Below are positions 16,142 to 25,185 of a DNA stretch of 40,337 nt, one piece after another; position 1 is the first letter of the stretch, and every line of letters starts with the position of its first letter. The stretch is from the NCBI GenBank assembly GCA_041622435.1, contig JBFJYU010000001.1, forward strand, positions 1 to 40,337, given 5' to 3'. A program made the position numbers and the translations under genes. Source of the DNA: Thermoplasmatota archaeon. Lineage in GTDB: Archaea; Thermoplasmatota; E2; JACPAO01; JAHFTW01. Below the pieces are notes generated by a model. That model had not been told where the DNA came from. It made no database searches and worked only from the letters and a program-made list of their open reading frames with translations.

Positions 16142-19100
16142 ATGGTGGCGGTTGGTCTGTCGGGCACTGGCGCCCGCGCATTGGTTTTGGCGCTCCTGGT
16201 GGGCCTTCCCCTGGGAACCGCCCAGGCGCCCGCCGACGGCGCAGGCGCACAGTACGTCGTCGCGTTTTCCCAGGTGCCACCGACGCTGGCCATCGGCGAC
16301 GCATTTGCGGGCGCCGAGGTCGTGGCGATGGCTGATTCCCTCGGATTCATCCTGGTCCAGCCCGGCGATCCCGCCGCGTTCATGGCGCAGGTCCTGCGCC
16401 ACCCGGAGGTGCGCTACGTTGAGGAGAACCGGGTCGCGGTGCGCACGATGCTGGCGCCTGACGACCCTCGCTTCGACGACCAGTACGGACCCCAGCAGAT
16501 CCGGGCGCCGGAGGCGTGGGACACGCGTCTTGGCGGCGACGAGCGCACCGTCTGCATCGTGGACAGCGGCATTCGCTACACCCACGAGGATCTGGCCGGC
16601 TCGCGCTGGCTGGGCGGCTGGGATTTCGTCCATCGCACCGACGACCCCTGGGACGACAACGGCCACGGCACCCACGTGGCTGGCACGGCAGCGGCCGGCG
16701 TCGACAACGGCGTCGGCATCGCCGGCGTGGGCAACGTCGGATTCCTGGCGGTCAAGGCCCTTGACAGCAGGGGTTCGGGGTCGTTCTTCGACGTGGCCAG
16801 CGCGATTGCGTGGTGCGCCGACAACGGCGGCGACGTCATCAGCATGAGCCTGGGGTCGCCGTGGTTCTCGTGGACCCTGTTTGACGCCGTTCAGTACGCG
16901 TGGGGCCAGGGTGCTCTGCTGGTCGGGGCCGCCGGCAATAACGGCCCGTGCAACAACTGCATCGGCTACCCGGCTGCGCTGGACGAGGTGATCGCCGTGA
17001 CGTGCACGACGGCCACGGAGGCCCAGTGCGGTTTCTCGTCGGACGGGCCTGAGAGCGAACTGGCCGCGCCGGGGCAGTCGATCCTGTCGACCTACGTCGG
17101 CTCCGACAGTGATTACGCAGCCAAATCGGGCACCAGCATGAGCACCCCCCACGTGGCGGGCGTCGCCGCGCTCATTTGGAACCATGCGCCCGATCTGACC
17201 AATCAGCAGCTTCGCGACGTGCTGCAAAACTCGGCCAGGGACGCCGGGCCAACCGGTTGGGACGAACAGTACGGGTACGGCATCGTTGACGCCGCCGAGG
17301 CGATCGCGTCGCTGCGACCGCCGTCGCCGCCGCGCAACCTTGTGGCCACGCCGGAGGACGGGGCGATCCTGTTGACGTGGGACGAGCCGGCCGACCCGGG
17401 TGGTCTGGGCGTTGACATCTACTACGTCTACCGGGGCGCCGACGAAGCCACCATGACGCGCGTCGCCGAGACGACCCTGTTGTCCTACCGGGACTCGGGG
17501 CTTGGCGAGGGCGCGACGTTCACGTACGCCGTTTCGGCCGCCAGCGGCATGGGCGAGTCGGACCGTTCGGCATCGGTGACGGCGACATCCCTGATGGGGC
17601 CGGCCGCGGCGTTCGCGTGGACGCCCGAGCTCCCGGAGCCGGGCCAAGAGGTCCAGTTCCAGGACCAGTCGACGGATTCGGACGGCAGCGTGGCGGCCTG
17701 GTCGTGGGACTTCGGGGACGGCGAGGGCAGCGACCAACGTCACCCGAGCCACACGTTCTCTTCCGATGGCACGTTCACGGTGCGCCTGACCGTTACGGAT
17801 TCAGACGGCCTGGAAGACACGGCGAGCGCCGACATCCTGGTCAACGCGGCCCCGACGGCCTCTTTCGACCACACGCCCGAGGCGCCGGACACGCAGGACG
17901 AAATCCAGTTCACGGACACGTCAACGGACGCCGATGGCAGCGTGCAGGCGTGGCACTGGGACTTGGGCGACGGGACCATCAGCTCGGATCAGAACCCGAC
18001 GCACCGCTTCCCCGACAACGGCGACTACGTGGTGACACTGACGGTGACCGACGACGACGGCGCGAACGACACGACCAGCCGGACGGTGGCGGTCAGCAAC
18101 GTTGCTCCGGCGGCCAGCTTCACCTATGCGCCCTCCGCGCCGACCACGGCGGATACGGTGGCGTTCACCGACGGCTCGTCGGACGTCGACGGCACCGTGG
18201 TGGCTTGGAGTTGGGACTTCGGCGACGGCGCCACCAGCAGCGAGCAGCATCCGAGCCACCGTTACGCCGACGACGGCACCTACACGGTGACCCTGACGGT
18301 CAGCGACGACGACGGGGCGGACAACACGACGGTCCAGGCGATCACGGTCACGAACCTTGCCCCGACGGCCGCCTTCGCGTACAGCCCGGCGAGCCCAAGC
18401 ACCGCCGACGACGTGGCTTTCACGGACGAATCGCTCGATGCCGACGGCACCGTCGCGTCTTGGGCCTGGGACTTCGGCGACGGCGCCACCAGCAGCGAGC
18501 AGCATCCGAGCCACAGCTACGCGGATGATGGAAGCTACACGGTGACGCTGAGCGTGACGGACGACGACGGAGCCACAGCCGAGGCGTCGCAGACCGTGAG
18601 CGTGACGAACGTGGCGCCGGTGGCCGGCTTCACGACCAGCCCGGAGGACCCGACAACCCAGGTTGACATCGACTTCACCGACACGTCAACGGATTCGGAT
18701 GGCTCCGTCGTGGACTGGAACTGGGACTTTGGTGACGGCGCCAACAGCACCGAGGCCAACCCTAGCCACCGCTACGCCGACGACGGCACGTACACGGTCA
18801 CGCTCACCGTCACGGACGACGACGGCGCCACCGACGCCACCAGCCAGACGGTCACGGTGGCCAACGTGGCGCCGACGGTGGATTTCAGTTACTCGCCGGC
18901 CGAGCCGACGACGCAGGACGAGGTGCAGTTCACCGATGCTTCAGGCGACCTGGACGGCACGGTCGTGGCGTGGAACTGGGACTTCGGCGACGGCTCGGCC
19001 AGCGACGACCAGAACCCGACCCACCGCTTCCCCGACGACGGCGTCTACGCCGTCACGCTCAGCGTCACGGATGACGACGGCGCGACGGCGGCCACAACGA

Positions 19101-19666
19101 TCGACGTGACGGTCACTAACGTCGCGCCCGAGGCGAGTTTCAGCCATGACCCGATCGAGCCCCGAACCACCGACACGGTCACCTTCGCCGACGCCTCCAG
19201 CGACATCGATGGCACCGTCGTGGCCTGGAACTGGGACTTCGGCGACGGGGAGTCCAGCGACGACCAGAACCCGACTCACCAGTACGCAGCCGTCGGCACC
19301 TACACGGTGAGCCTGACGGTCACGGACAACGACGGCGCCACGGGCTTGGTAAGCGTGGACATCACGGTCGTGGACCCGCCAAGCGCGCCGCGGGACATCT
19401 CGGCCCGGCCGGGCCCGGGGCTTGGGGATATTGACGTGCGCTGGACCAGGCCCGCATCCGACGGGGGCGCGCCCCTGCTCGGGAACCTGATCTACCGCAG
19501 CGACGGCGGCGACTTCGAGTTGATCGCCGATATCGGGAATTACCGCCGCTACGTGGATGACGATCGGAAGCTGGGCACCATCTACACCTACTACGTGGTG
19601 CCGTACAACCGCGCCGGTGAGGGACCCGCATCCGACACGGCGTCGGCGGCCGGCACCGGCTTGTGA
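16142..19666 (+). CDS. Secreted subtilisin-like serine protease (S8) with the architecture Fn3 - 7x PKD - Fn3
   Basis: Signal peptide. Catalytic triad motifs VCIVDSGI, HGTHVAG and GTSMSTPHVAG. Seven WxWDFGDG PKD repeats. Fn3-like segments flank the PKD array. Confidence 0.95.
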   Translation: MVAVGLSGTGARALVLALLVGLPLGTAQAPADGAGAQYVVAFSQVPPTLAIGDAFAGAEVVAMADSLGFILVQPGDPAAFMAQVLRHPEVRYVEENRVAVRTMLAPDDPRFDDQYGPQQIRAPEAWDTRLGGDERTVCIVDSGIRYTHEDLAGSRWLGGWDFVHRTDDPWDDNGHGTHVAGTAAAGVDNGVGIAGVGNVGFLAVKALDSRGSGSFFDVASAIAWCADNGGDVISMSLGSPWFSWTLFDAVQYAWGQGALLVGAAGNNGPCNNCIGYPAALDEVIAVTCTTATEAQCGFSSDGPESELAAPGQSILSTYVGSDSDYAAKSGTSMSTPHVAGVAALIWNHAPDLTNQQLRDVLQNSARDAGPTGWDEQYGYGIVDAAEAIASLRPPSPPRNLVATPEDGAILLTWDEPADPGGLGVDIYYVYRGADEATMTRVAETTLLSYRDSGLGEGATFTYAVSAASGMGESDRSASVTATSLMGPAAAFAWTPELPEPGQEVQFQDQSTDSDGSVAAWSWDFGDGEGSDQRHPSHTFSSDGTFTVRLTVTDSDGLEDTASADILVNAAPTASFDHTPEAPDTQDEIQFTDTSTDADGSVQAWHWDLGDGTISSDQNPTHRFPDNGDYVVTLTVTDDDGANDTTSRTVAVSNVAPAASFTYAPSAPTTADTVAFTDGSSDVDGTVVAWSWDFGDGATSSEQHPSHRYADDGTYTVTLTVSDDDGADNTTVQAITVTNLAPTAAFAYSPASPSTADDVAFTDESLDADGTVASWAWDFGDGATSSEQHPSHSYADDGSYTVTLSVTDDDGATAEASQTVSVTNVAPVAGFTTSPEDPTTQVDIDFTDTSTDSDGSVVDWNWDFGDGANSTEANPSHRYADDGTYTVTLTVTDDDGATDATSQTVTVANVAPTVDFSYSPAEPTTQDEVQFTDASGDLDGTVVAWNWDFGDGSASDDQNPTHRFPDDGVYAVTLSVTDDDGATAATTIDVTVTNVAPEASFSHDPIEPRTTDTVTFADASSDIDGTVVAWNWDFGDGESSDDQNPTHQYAAVGTYTVSLTVTDNDGATGLVSVDITVVDPPSAPRDISARPGPGLGDIDVRWTRPASDGGAPLLGNLIYRSDGGDFELIADIGNYRRYVDDDRKLGTIYTYYVVPYNRAGEGPASDTASAAGTGL
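17600..19380 (+). repeat. Seven tandem PKD-domain coding repeats with a 255-nt period
   Basis: An exact 48-nt duplicate (tgggacttcggcgacggcgccaccagcagcgagcagcatccgagccac) occurs at 18212-18259 and 18467-18514, exactly 255 nt apart. Confidence 0.9.
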
Positions 19667-19764
19667 CAGCAATCACATGCGCCCTTGGGGCCCGATCGCG
19701 GCCGCCGAGCCGCAGCCCAGCGGCCAACGGCCGCCGTCAGCCACCCTAACCGCCCGCCGTCCGG

Positions 19765-20790
19765 CTAACGGTAACGGGCCGCCATCTCGTCGGTGCTCGT
19801 GGCATCCAGGGCCAGCACAAGGTTGTAGCTGGCCTCAACGATCGTGGCGAAGCCGGCCTCAAAGTTGGCGCGACCGCCGACGAAATCGTACACGTAGTCC
19901 ACCGTGTCACCCGGTCGATGGTACTCCGGGTAGTCCGCCGCGTAACGGCCGCCGGCAAACCGGTAGATGGGCACGCCGGCGTCACGGAAGCGCCGTTCGT
20001 CGGAGTTGCGGTCGTGGGTGTCCAGCACCTCCAAGCCCTCCTCCGGGTAACCCATGACACCGTTGAGCAAGTCCCGCCCGAAGGGCTGCAGGAACGGCAC
20101 CTTGTCGGCGTCGCCGGTCATCAGGTAGGCTTTCCAGTCGTGGCCGGGCCAGTTGATGCCGGTCATGTCGTAGCCGATGACGGTGTCGTAGACGTACGGC
20201 TCGTCACCCTCCAGCACCACGTCCTCCACGTAGCGTTGCGACGCGACGAGGCCCATTTCCTCGGCGTCGAAGAAGATGCACGCGATGGTCCGGCGGGTCT
20301 CGACCTGCGCCAGGGCCTCGCAGATGGCAAACTGCGCCGCGACGCCGGACCCATCGTCGTAGGCCCCCTGAATCGTGGCCGCCTGGGTGTCGTAATGGCT
20401 CACGAGGCCGATGCGGTGATCGGGCAGTTCGGTCCCGGTTCGCGTGGCCACGACGGCGTCGACCTGAAGGGGCACGGCGTCGGGCAGCCCCTGGCCGAAG
20501 CCGCCGGCCGGGTAGCTGCGAACCTCGACCTCGAAGCCGATGCGCTCCAGTTCCGACACCAGGTGCTCCCGCGCCAGGTCGTTATTGGGCAGGTGGGCGT
20601 CCCGCTTGACGTACGTGGTGACGTAGTCCTCCCACCAGTCGACGGACGTGGCGACGTTCCAGTGGAGCGCGGGCAGGCCTGCGGCGACCTCCTGGGCCAG
20701 GCTGGTAGGGGCTGCCGTCGGGGGGTTGTCGGAGATACACCCCGCCAGGGGAACCAGGGTCGCGACGACGACGGCAAGCAGGATGCGCAT
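19765..20790 (-). CDS. M28 family metallopeptidase lipoprotein
   Basis: Lipobox TLVPLAGC. Motifs IGLVSHYDT, GAYDDGSGVA and FFDAEEMGLVAS. The longest ORF starts at TTG 20841. Confidence 0.85.
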   Translation of the reverse strand: MRILLAVVVATLVPLAGCISDNPPTAAPTSLAQEVAAGLPALHWNVATSVDWWEDYVTTYVKRDAHLPNNDLAREHLVSELERIGFEVEVRSYPAGGFGQGLPDAVPLQVDAVVATRTGTELPDHRIGLVSHYDTQAATIQGAYDDGSGVAAQFAICEALAQVETRRTIACIFFDAEEMGLVASQRYVEDVVLEGDEPYVYDTVIGYDMTGINWPGHDWKAYLMTGDADKVPFLQPFGRDLLNGVMGYPEEGLEVLDTHDRNSDERRFRDAGVPIYRFAGGRYAADYPEYHRPGDTVDYVYDFVGGRANFEAGFATIVEASYNLVLALDATSTDEMAARYR

Positions 20791-20917
20791 GTGGGGGAGG
20801 CCGCGCCGGCGCACTTGAGTGTTGTCGGAGGCTCCTTTCAAGCGGAGCTGGCCGCAACGGCGGCGCGACGCGCGTGTGCGCCAACCGGCGGATGGCCGGC
20901 CCGGCCGGAGTGCCGCT

Positions 20918-20924
20918 CATATAG
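20918..20924 (+). promoter_or_regulatory. TATA-like box (CATATAG) about 24 nt upstream of ATG 20945
   Basis: An A/T island in the divergent spacer between the M28 and LbH-2 genes. Confidence 0.4.
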
Positions 20925-20944
20925 GACCCCGGTTTCGCCGCGCC

Positions 20945-21742
20945 ATGGCCGGATTCGTTCGGAACCTTCTCACCATCGTCACGGGCGTATTGTGGATCTA
21001 CAGCTACGCCACCCTCGGCGCGATGATGGCCATCGCCGCGCTGCCCGGATGGCTCATGGCGCGGTGGGCGTGGAACCTGGATCTGGCCGTCTCCGGCCCC
21101 GCGATCCTGTCGACGCTTCTGGACGGCTTGGTTGGCATCTACTTCAGCATCCTGGCGTTCTTCGTTTTCGGCGTGGTGCTGATGTTCGTGCTCCCGGCGG
21201 TGCGCATGATCTTCTGGTGGTGGAAGCCCCACGTCGGCGAAATTCCGTTGCATTCCTTCCGGGTGTGGCCGTGGTACAACGTGAACGGCATGCAGTTCAT
21301 GTTCAACACGGTGTTTGGCCGCTTTGCGCGCCCGACGACCCTGTACCCGGTGTTCTTGCGCATGATGGGCGCCAAGATTGGCAAGCGCGTCGTGTTCAAC
21401 ACGCAGCACGTCTACGACCTAGACTTGCTGACGGTCGGTGACGACGTGGTGATCGGCGCCAACGCCTCGCTGCTTGGCCACGTCGGCGAGAAGGGCAAGC
21501 TGGTGCGGGCCCCCATCAAGATCGGCAGCAAGGTGACCATCGGGCAGTACACCAACATCTTCCCGGGCGTCACGATCGGCGACAACTGCCACGTCGGCGC
21601 GATGAGCATGATTCCCAAGGGCGCCACGTTGGACTCCAACGCGATCTACGGTGGCGTGCCGGTGCGCAAGCTGCGGGACCTGGCGCCCGGCGAGAAGGTG
21701 ACCTCGGACGACACCAGCTCGACGACCGGCGGCAAGCCGTAA
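20945..21742 (+). CDS. Membrane-anchored hexapeptide-repeat (LbH) transferase-like protein, paralogue 2
   Basis: Same architecture and motifs as 12489-13370: VLWIYSYATL, SFRVWPWYNVNG, FLRMMGAKIGKRVVFNT, IGDNCHVGAMSMIP, GGVPVRKL. Confidence 0.85.
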   Translation: MAGFVRNLLTIVTGVLWIYSYATLGAMMAIAALPGWLMARWAWNLDLAVSGPAILSTLLDGLVGIYFSILAFFVFGVVLMFVLPAVRMIFWWWKPHVGEIPLHSFRVWPWYNVNGMQFMFNTVFGRFARPTTLYPVFLRMMGAKIGKRVVFNTQHVYDLDLLTVGDDVVIGANASLLGHVGEKGKLVRAPIKIGSKVTIGQYTNIFPGVTIGDNCHVGAMSMIPKGATLDSNAIYGGVPVRKLRDLAPGEKVTSDDTSSTTGGKP

Positions 21743-21842
21743 TCCCCGCGCCCGGCTCGCGGCGCGGCGCCACAGCCCCCCCGGGCCAGCGGCGAGGCCG
21801 TGGCACCGCTGCGGTTTTCAAGCCGCGGCCGCAACGGGGCCT

Positions 21843-22538
21843 GTGTCTGGTGTCAACTCGTTCCTGGTGGCCGCCGTGCTCGGCCTCGCTTCGGCCGGCG
21901 GCGTGTACGGTATTGCCGAATGGCTGGACAGTCGCCCGGCCCCGGAGGTCCACGACGACAGCCCCACGGCGCCGGCGGAGGCGCGGCTGCTGTGGCCGTT
22001 GCTTGAGGGCCACGCCGAAGCGGGCGCCCAGACGCCCTTCGTGTTCGTGGCGAGCGCGCCAGAGGCCCGCGATTTGGAACTGCCTGCCGAGGCCGAATGG
22101 CTTACCGAGGCCGTCGGGGTCGTGACGCTCGCCACCGGCGCCGCCTGCCACATCGATGGCCAGGATTGCCCGAGCGTCGCCGAGGCCGCCGATGGCCCCC
22201 GCTTCGGCAGGGATGGCTACAACGCCACGAAGGTGCAGTTCTGGGCGTTCGACACCCAGGGCCGCCTGTTTGCGACCAACGCGCCCAGGGGCGCCGCGGA
22301 CCTGTACGAATTGCATCCCCAGTACACGGCGCTGCCCCGGGACGCCTGGTACCTGGGCGCCGGCGAGGCCCCCAACGGCACGACCAACCTGCCCGCGTTC
22401 AAGGGGCAGGCTCGGGCCCTGCTCGACGGCCTGCCGGACGGCGGCATCGCGACGACCGTGACCGAGCAGTTCCGCTGGTACATGGACGACGCCCTGATCC
22501 TGACGGCGCGAGTCGAGGGCCTCGTCCACGCCCCGTAA
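21843..22538 (+). CDS. N-terminally anchored hypothetical protein
   Basis: GTG start with TTTTCAA 25 nt upstream. The TM segment is FLVAAVLGLASAGGVYGIA. Composition is more protein-like than the antisense ORF 21570-22553. Confidence 0.6.
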   Translation: MSGVNSFLVAAVLGLASAGGVYGIAEWLDSRPAPEVHDDSPTAPAEARLLWPLLEGHAEAGAQTPFVFVASAPEARDLELPAEAEWLTEAVGVVTLATGAACHIDGQDCPSVAEAADGPRFGRDGYNATKVQFWAFDTQGRLFATNAPRGAADLYELHPQYTALPRDAWYLGAGEAPNGTTNLPAFKGQARALLDGLPDGGIATTVTEQFRWYMDDALILTARVEGLVHAP

Positions 22539-22770
22539 TAGCCTGCGCAGCAAGTTGCCTGCATCGTTGCAGGGTGTGGTGCAGGCACAGCCGCGGGGCT
22601 GGTAGCCCCTTATAGGCCATCAGGGGCGGTTTGGGCTTGCCGGCACACGCAGGTGGGTTGTCAGCATGGCCCGCCGCAGCAGCCGGCACAATGGACCCAC
22701 GCCCGCCGCATCGTGCGGCGCGGCACGGGTCGCGCCTCTACCCCCACCCATCCACCCAACCAACCGCGAA

Positions 22771-22808
22771 GCGGCGGGAGGCCGACGGCTTCCCGCCGCC
22801 CTTTTCAT
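22771..22808 (+). terminator. 13-bp GC-rich hairpin (loop GAC) followed by CCTTTTCAT. This is either an intrinsic-terminator-like element or structure next to the aminotransferase promoter.
   Basis: 22771-22783 pairs with 22787-22799 (one G-U pair). The T-run at 22802-22805 also lies 26 nt upstream of ATG 22831. Confidence 0.25.
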
Positions 22809-22830
22809 CGCCACGTGGCATCGCGGCCCG

Positions 22831-24099
22831 ATGAGCACGTTGGAAGCCGTGAAGACCCCCGCGAACCCGGTTCTCGCCGGCGCCGAGCGCAGCCTGCAGG
22901 TGGAGTACGCGATCCGGGACGTGGTGCTGCCCGCCCGCGAGATCGAGGCCCAGGGTCACAAGGTCCTCAAGCTGAACATCGGCGACCCGATTGCGTACGG
23001 CTTCCAGCCGCCGGAACACATGGTTCAGGCGTTGTACGAGGCGGCCAAAGAGGGTCACAACGGGTATGCTGCCAGCGAAGGCGATCCGGCGCTGGTGTCG
23101 GCCATCGTGGAGCGGGAGAAGCGCCGCAACGGCGTGTCATACACACCCGATGACGTGGTCGTCGGCAACGGCCTCGGCGAGGTCATCCAGATGCTCTTCG
23201 GCGCCGCCATCGTGCCCGGCGACGAGGTGCTGATCCCCGGCCCGACCTACCCGCCCTACGACTCGCTGGTGAAGTACTTCGGCGGCAAGCCGGTCTACTA
23301 CCGGACCGTCGAGGAGGAGGACTGGCAGCCCGACGTGGACGACGTGCGCGCCAAGATCACGCCGAAAACCAAGGCGGTCTGCCTCATCAACCCCAACAAC
23401 CCCACGGGGGCCCTCTACTCCGAGTCGGTGGTCAAGGAGTTCACGGACATCGTGGGCGAGCACCAGAACCAGTGCTTCCTCATCAGCGACGAGATTTACG
23501 ACGAAATGACCTTTGACGGCACCCAGGTCGCCAGCGCCACGGTGGCGCCGGACGTGCCCATGGTGACCCTGAACGGCTTCAGCAAGGTGTACCTGGTTCC
23601 CGGCTGGCGCCTCGGCCACTCCCTCTGGAACGACCCGACGGGCAGCCTCGCCCAGATCAAGGAAGGCATGCTCAAGGTGGCGCGCAACCGCATCTGCGCC
23701 AGCAGCATCGCCCAAAAGGCGGCAGCAGCGGCACTGCGCGGGCCCCAGGACCACGTCAAGGCCACCAACGACATCCTGCGCCCCCGCCGCGACTTCGCCG
23801 TCAAGCGCCTCAACGAGATTGACGGCATCAGCAGCGCCAAGCCCGACGGCGCGTTCTACGCGTTTCCGCGCATCGACGCCCTGGCGGACGCCGCCCCCGG
23901 CACAGCGGCGTGGAAGAACGACAAGCAGTTCGTGCTGGACTTCCTGGCCGAGGAGAAGGTGCTCGCCGTGCATGGCAGCGGCTTCGACCCCACGTACGGC
24001 AAGGACCACTTCCGCATCGTCATCCTGCCGGACATGGAAACCCTGGGCTCCGCCTTCGATCGCCTGGAACGATTCGTCAAGCGCCACACTTCCGGCTAG
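22831..24099 (+). CDS. Class I pyridoxal-phosphate aminotransferase (alanine/aspartate aminotransferase type)
   Basis: KLNIGDP, the NPNNPTG motif, and the PLP-lysine context NGFSKVYLVPGWRLG. ATG 22831 was chosen because the track extension from 22666 is Arg/Pro-rich. Confidence 0.9.
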   Translation: MSTLEAVKTPANPVLAGAERSLQVEYAIRDVVLPAREIEAQGHKVLKLNIGDPIAYGFQPPEHMVQALYEAAKEGHNGYAASEGDPALVSAIVEREKRRNGVSYTPDDVVVGNGLGEVIQMLFGAAIVPGDEVLIPGPTYPPYDSLVKYFGGKPVYYRTVEEEDWQPDVDDVRAKITPKTKAVCLINPNNPTGALYSESVVKEFTDIVGEHQNQCFLISDEIYDEMTFDGTQVASATVAPDVPMVTLNGFSKVYLVPGWRLGHSLWNDPTGSLAQIKEGMLKVARNRICASSIAQKAAAAALRGPQDHVKATNDILRPRRDFAVKRLNEIDGISSAKPDGAFYAFPRIDALADAAPGTAAWKNDKQFVLDFLAEEKVLAVHGSGFDPTYGKDHFRIVILPDMETLGSAFDRLERFVKRHTSG

Positions 24100-24165
24100 G
24101 CGCCGCCCGCGCCGGCGGTGGGCCTGCAAACCACTTAGAAGCCGCCGGCGCTCGGCCGTTTCCAC

Positions 24166-25083
24166 ATGAAGCACCACCACCGCGGACGATTCGCCATGCT
24201 TGGCGTCGCCCTACTCACCGCCGGGTTCCTGGCCGGGTGCGCCGGCGACTCGGAGGTCCACTCCAACGATGTCACGCTCATCGTCACCCTGATGGACCCC
24301 GAGACCGGGGAGATCATCGTTGCCAACGCCACGGGCCTGCCGTTCGAGAACCGGACGGTCGTCTTGGCCCTCGGCGAGTCCTCCGGCCTTGGCGATGACT
24401 TCGACGCCCGGGCCCGCGCCGCTGCGCTGGACGATTCCATCGAGGGCCTGTTCACGCTCGCCGATTACGCGGGCCAGGAGTCGGCGGAGCGCCAGTTTGG
24501 CCCCTACCCCGCCGAGTCCACGGTCGGGCGGGAGGCGTTTGCCGAAGCCATCGGCGAGCCTGAGGTCGGAATGGTGTTCCCGTTCCCGCCCTTCTACAAC
24601 GCCACCGTTGTGGCCGTGGACGACGCCTCGGTCACGTACCGCGTCATGGCCGAGGATGGCCAGCGCAACCCGCTTGATGTCGTGGGCGCGACCCTCGTGA
24701 CCTACCTTGACGGCGACAACATGACCCAGGAGCTCGACCCCGATGTCGGGGCCACGTTCCTGATCGCGGTTACCAACGGCGCGCCGGCGCCGTTGGGGCT
24801 GCGCCAGGGGGCTTACAAGACCACGGGCGCCAACGAGACCCATATCTTGTGGGCGTTCCAGCCGCTTGCGCTGCCCGAGTGGTTCGGTCGGGAGGTGCTG
24901 GTGAAGGCAACCGTGGCGGCGATCCAGCCGCCGTTTGAGCCGGGGGCCGGCGATGCCGGCGGGCACGACCACGGGGGCGGCCACAGTCACGGCGACGACG
25001 GCCACGACCACGGGGACGGCCACGACCACGGGGACGGCGGGCACGACGACGGCCACGACCACGGCGACGGCCACGACCACTGA
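24166..25083 (+). CDS. Lipoprotein with a SlyD/FKBP-like core (tentative) and a 40-residue His/Asp/Gly-rich C-terminal tail
   Basis: Lipobox LTAGFLAGC. The pattern VTLIVTLMDPETGEIIV...VGMVFPF...ATVVAVDDASVTY...FGREVLVKATVAAI resembles an FKBP domain with an IF insert. The tail is GHDHGGGHSHGDDGHDHGDGHDHGDGGHDDGHDHGDGHDH. Confidence 0.6.
   Translation: MKHHHRGRFAMLGVALLTAGFLAGCAGDSEVHSNDVTLIVTLMDPETGEIIVANATGLPFENRTVVLALGESSGLGDDFDARARAAALDDSIEGLFTLADYAGQESAERQFGPYPAESTVGREAFAEAIGEPEVGMVFPFPPFYNATVVAVDDASVTYRVMAEDGQRNPLDVVGATLVTYLDGDNMTQELDPDVGATFLIAVTNGAPAPLGLRQGAYKTTGANETHILWAFQPLALPEWFGREVLVKATVAAIQPPFEPGAGDAGGHDHGGGHSHGDDGHDHGDGHDHGDGGHDDGHDHGDGHDH
24961..25080 (+). repeat. Low-complexity His/Asp/Gly coding repeat
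   Basis: The 18-nt unit acggccacgaccacgggg is exactly duplicated in tandem at 24998-25015 and 25016-25033. Confidence 0.85.
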
Positions 25084-25185
25084 AGCGGCCATGCACGGGC
25101 GCGGCGGGCGTGCCCGCCCACCCCGCTCGCCCGAAACGGATATCACACGAGCCCCTGTCCGCGGCCCACGGCCCATCGCGGCCGG

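Noticed and set aside
16010-17752. 580-aa minus-strand ORF
   Set aside because: It is antisense to the S8 protease, which carries unambiguous catalytic-triad motifs. Its Arg/Gly/Ala-rich composition marks it as a shadow ORF.
17600-19380. Regularly spaced DNA repeats considered as a possible CRISPR array
   Set aside because: The period is 255 nt, the repeats are in frame, and they encode PKD domains within one long ORF. There is no short repeat/spacer structure and there are no cas genes.
19918-22553. ORFs 19918-21441(+), 20582-21409(-) and 21570-22553(-)
   Set aside because: They are shadows of the M28 peptidase, LbH-2 and the 21843-22538 gene. The chosen strands give a lipobox with peptidase motifs, hexapeptide repeats, or a TM anchor, whereas these ORFs give Arg/Gly-rich strings.
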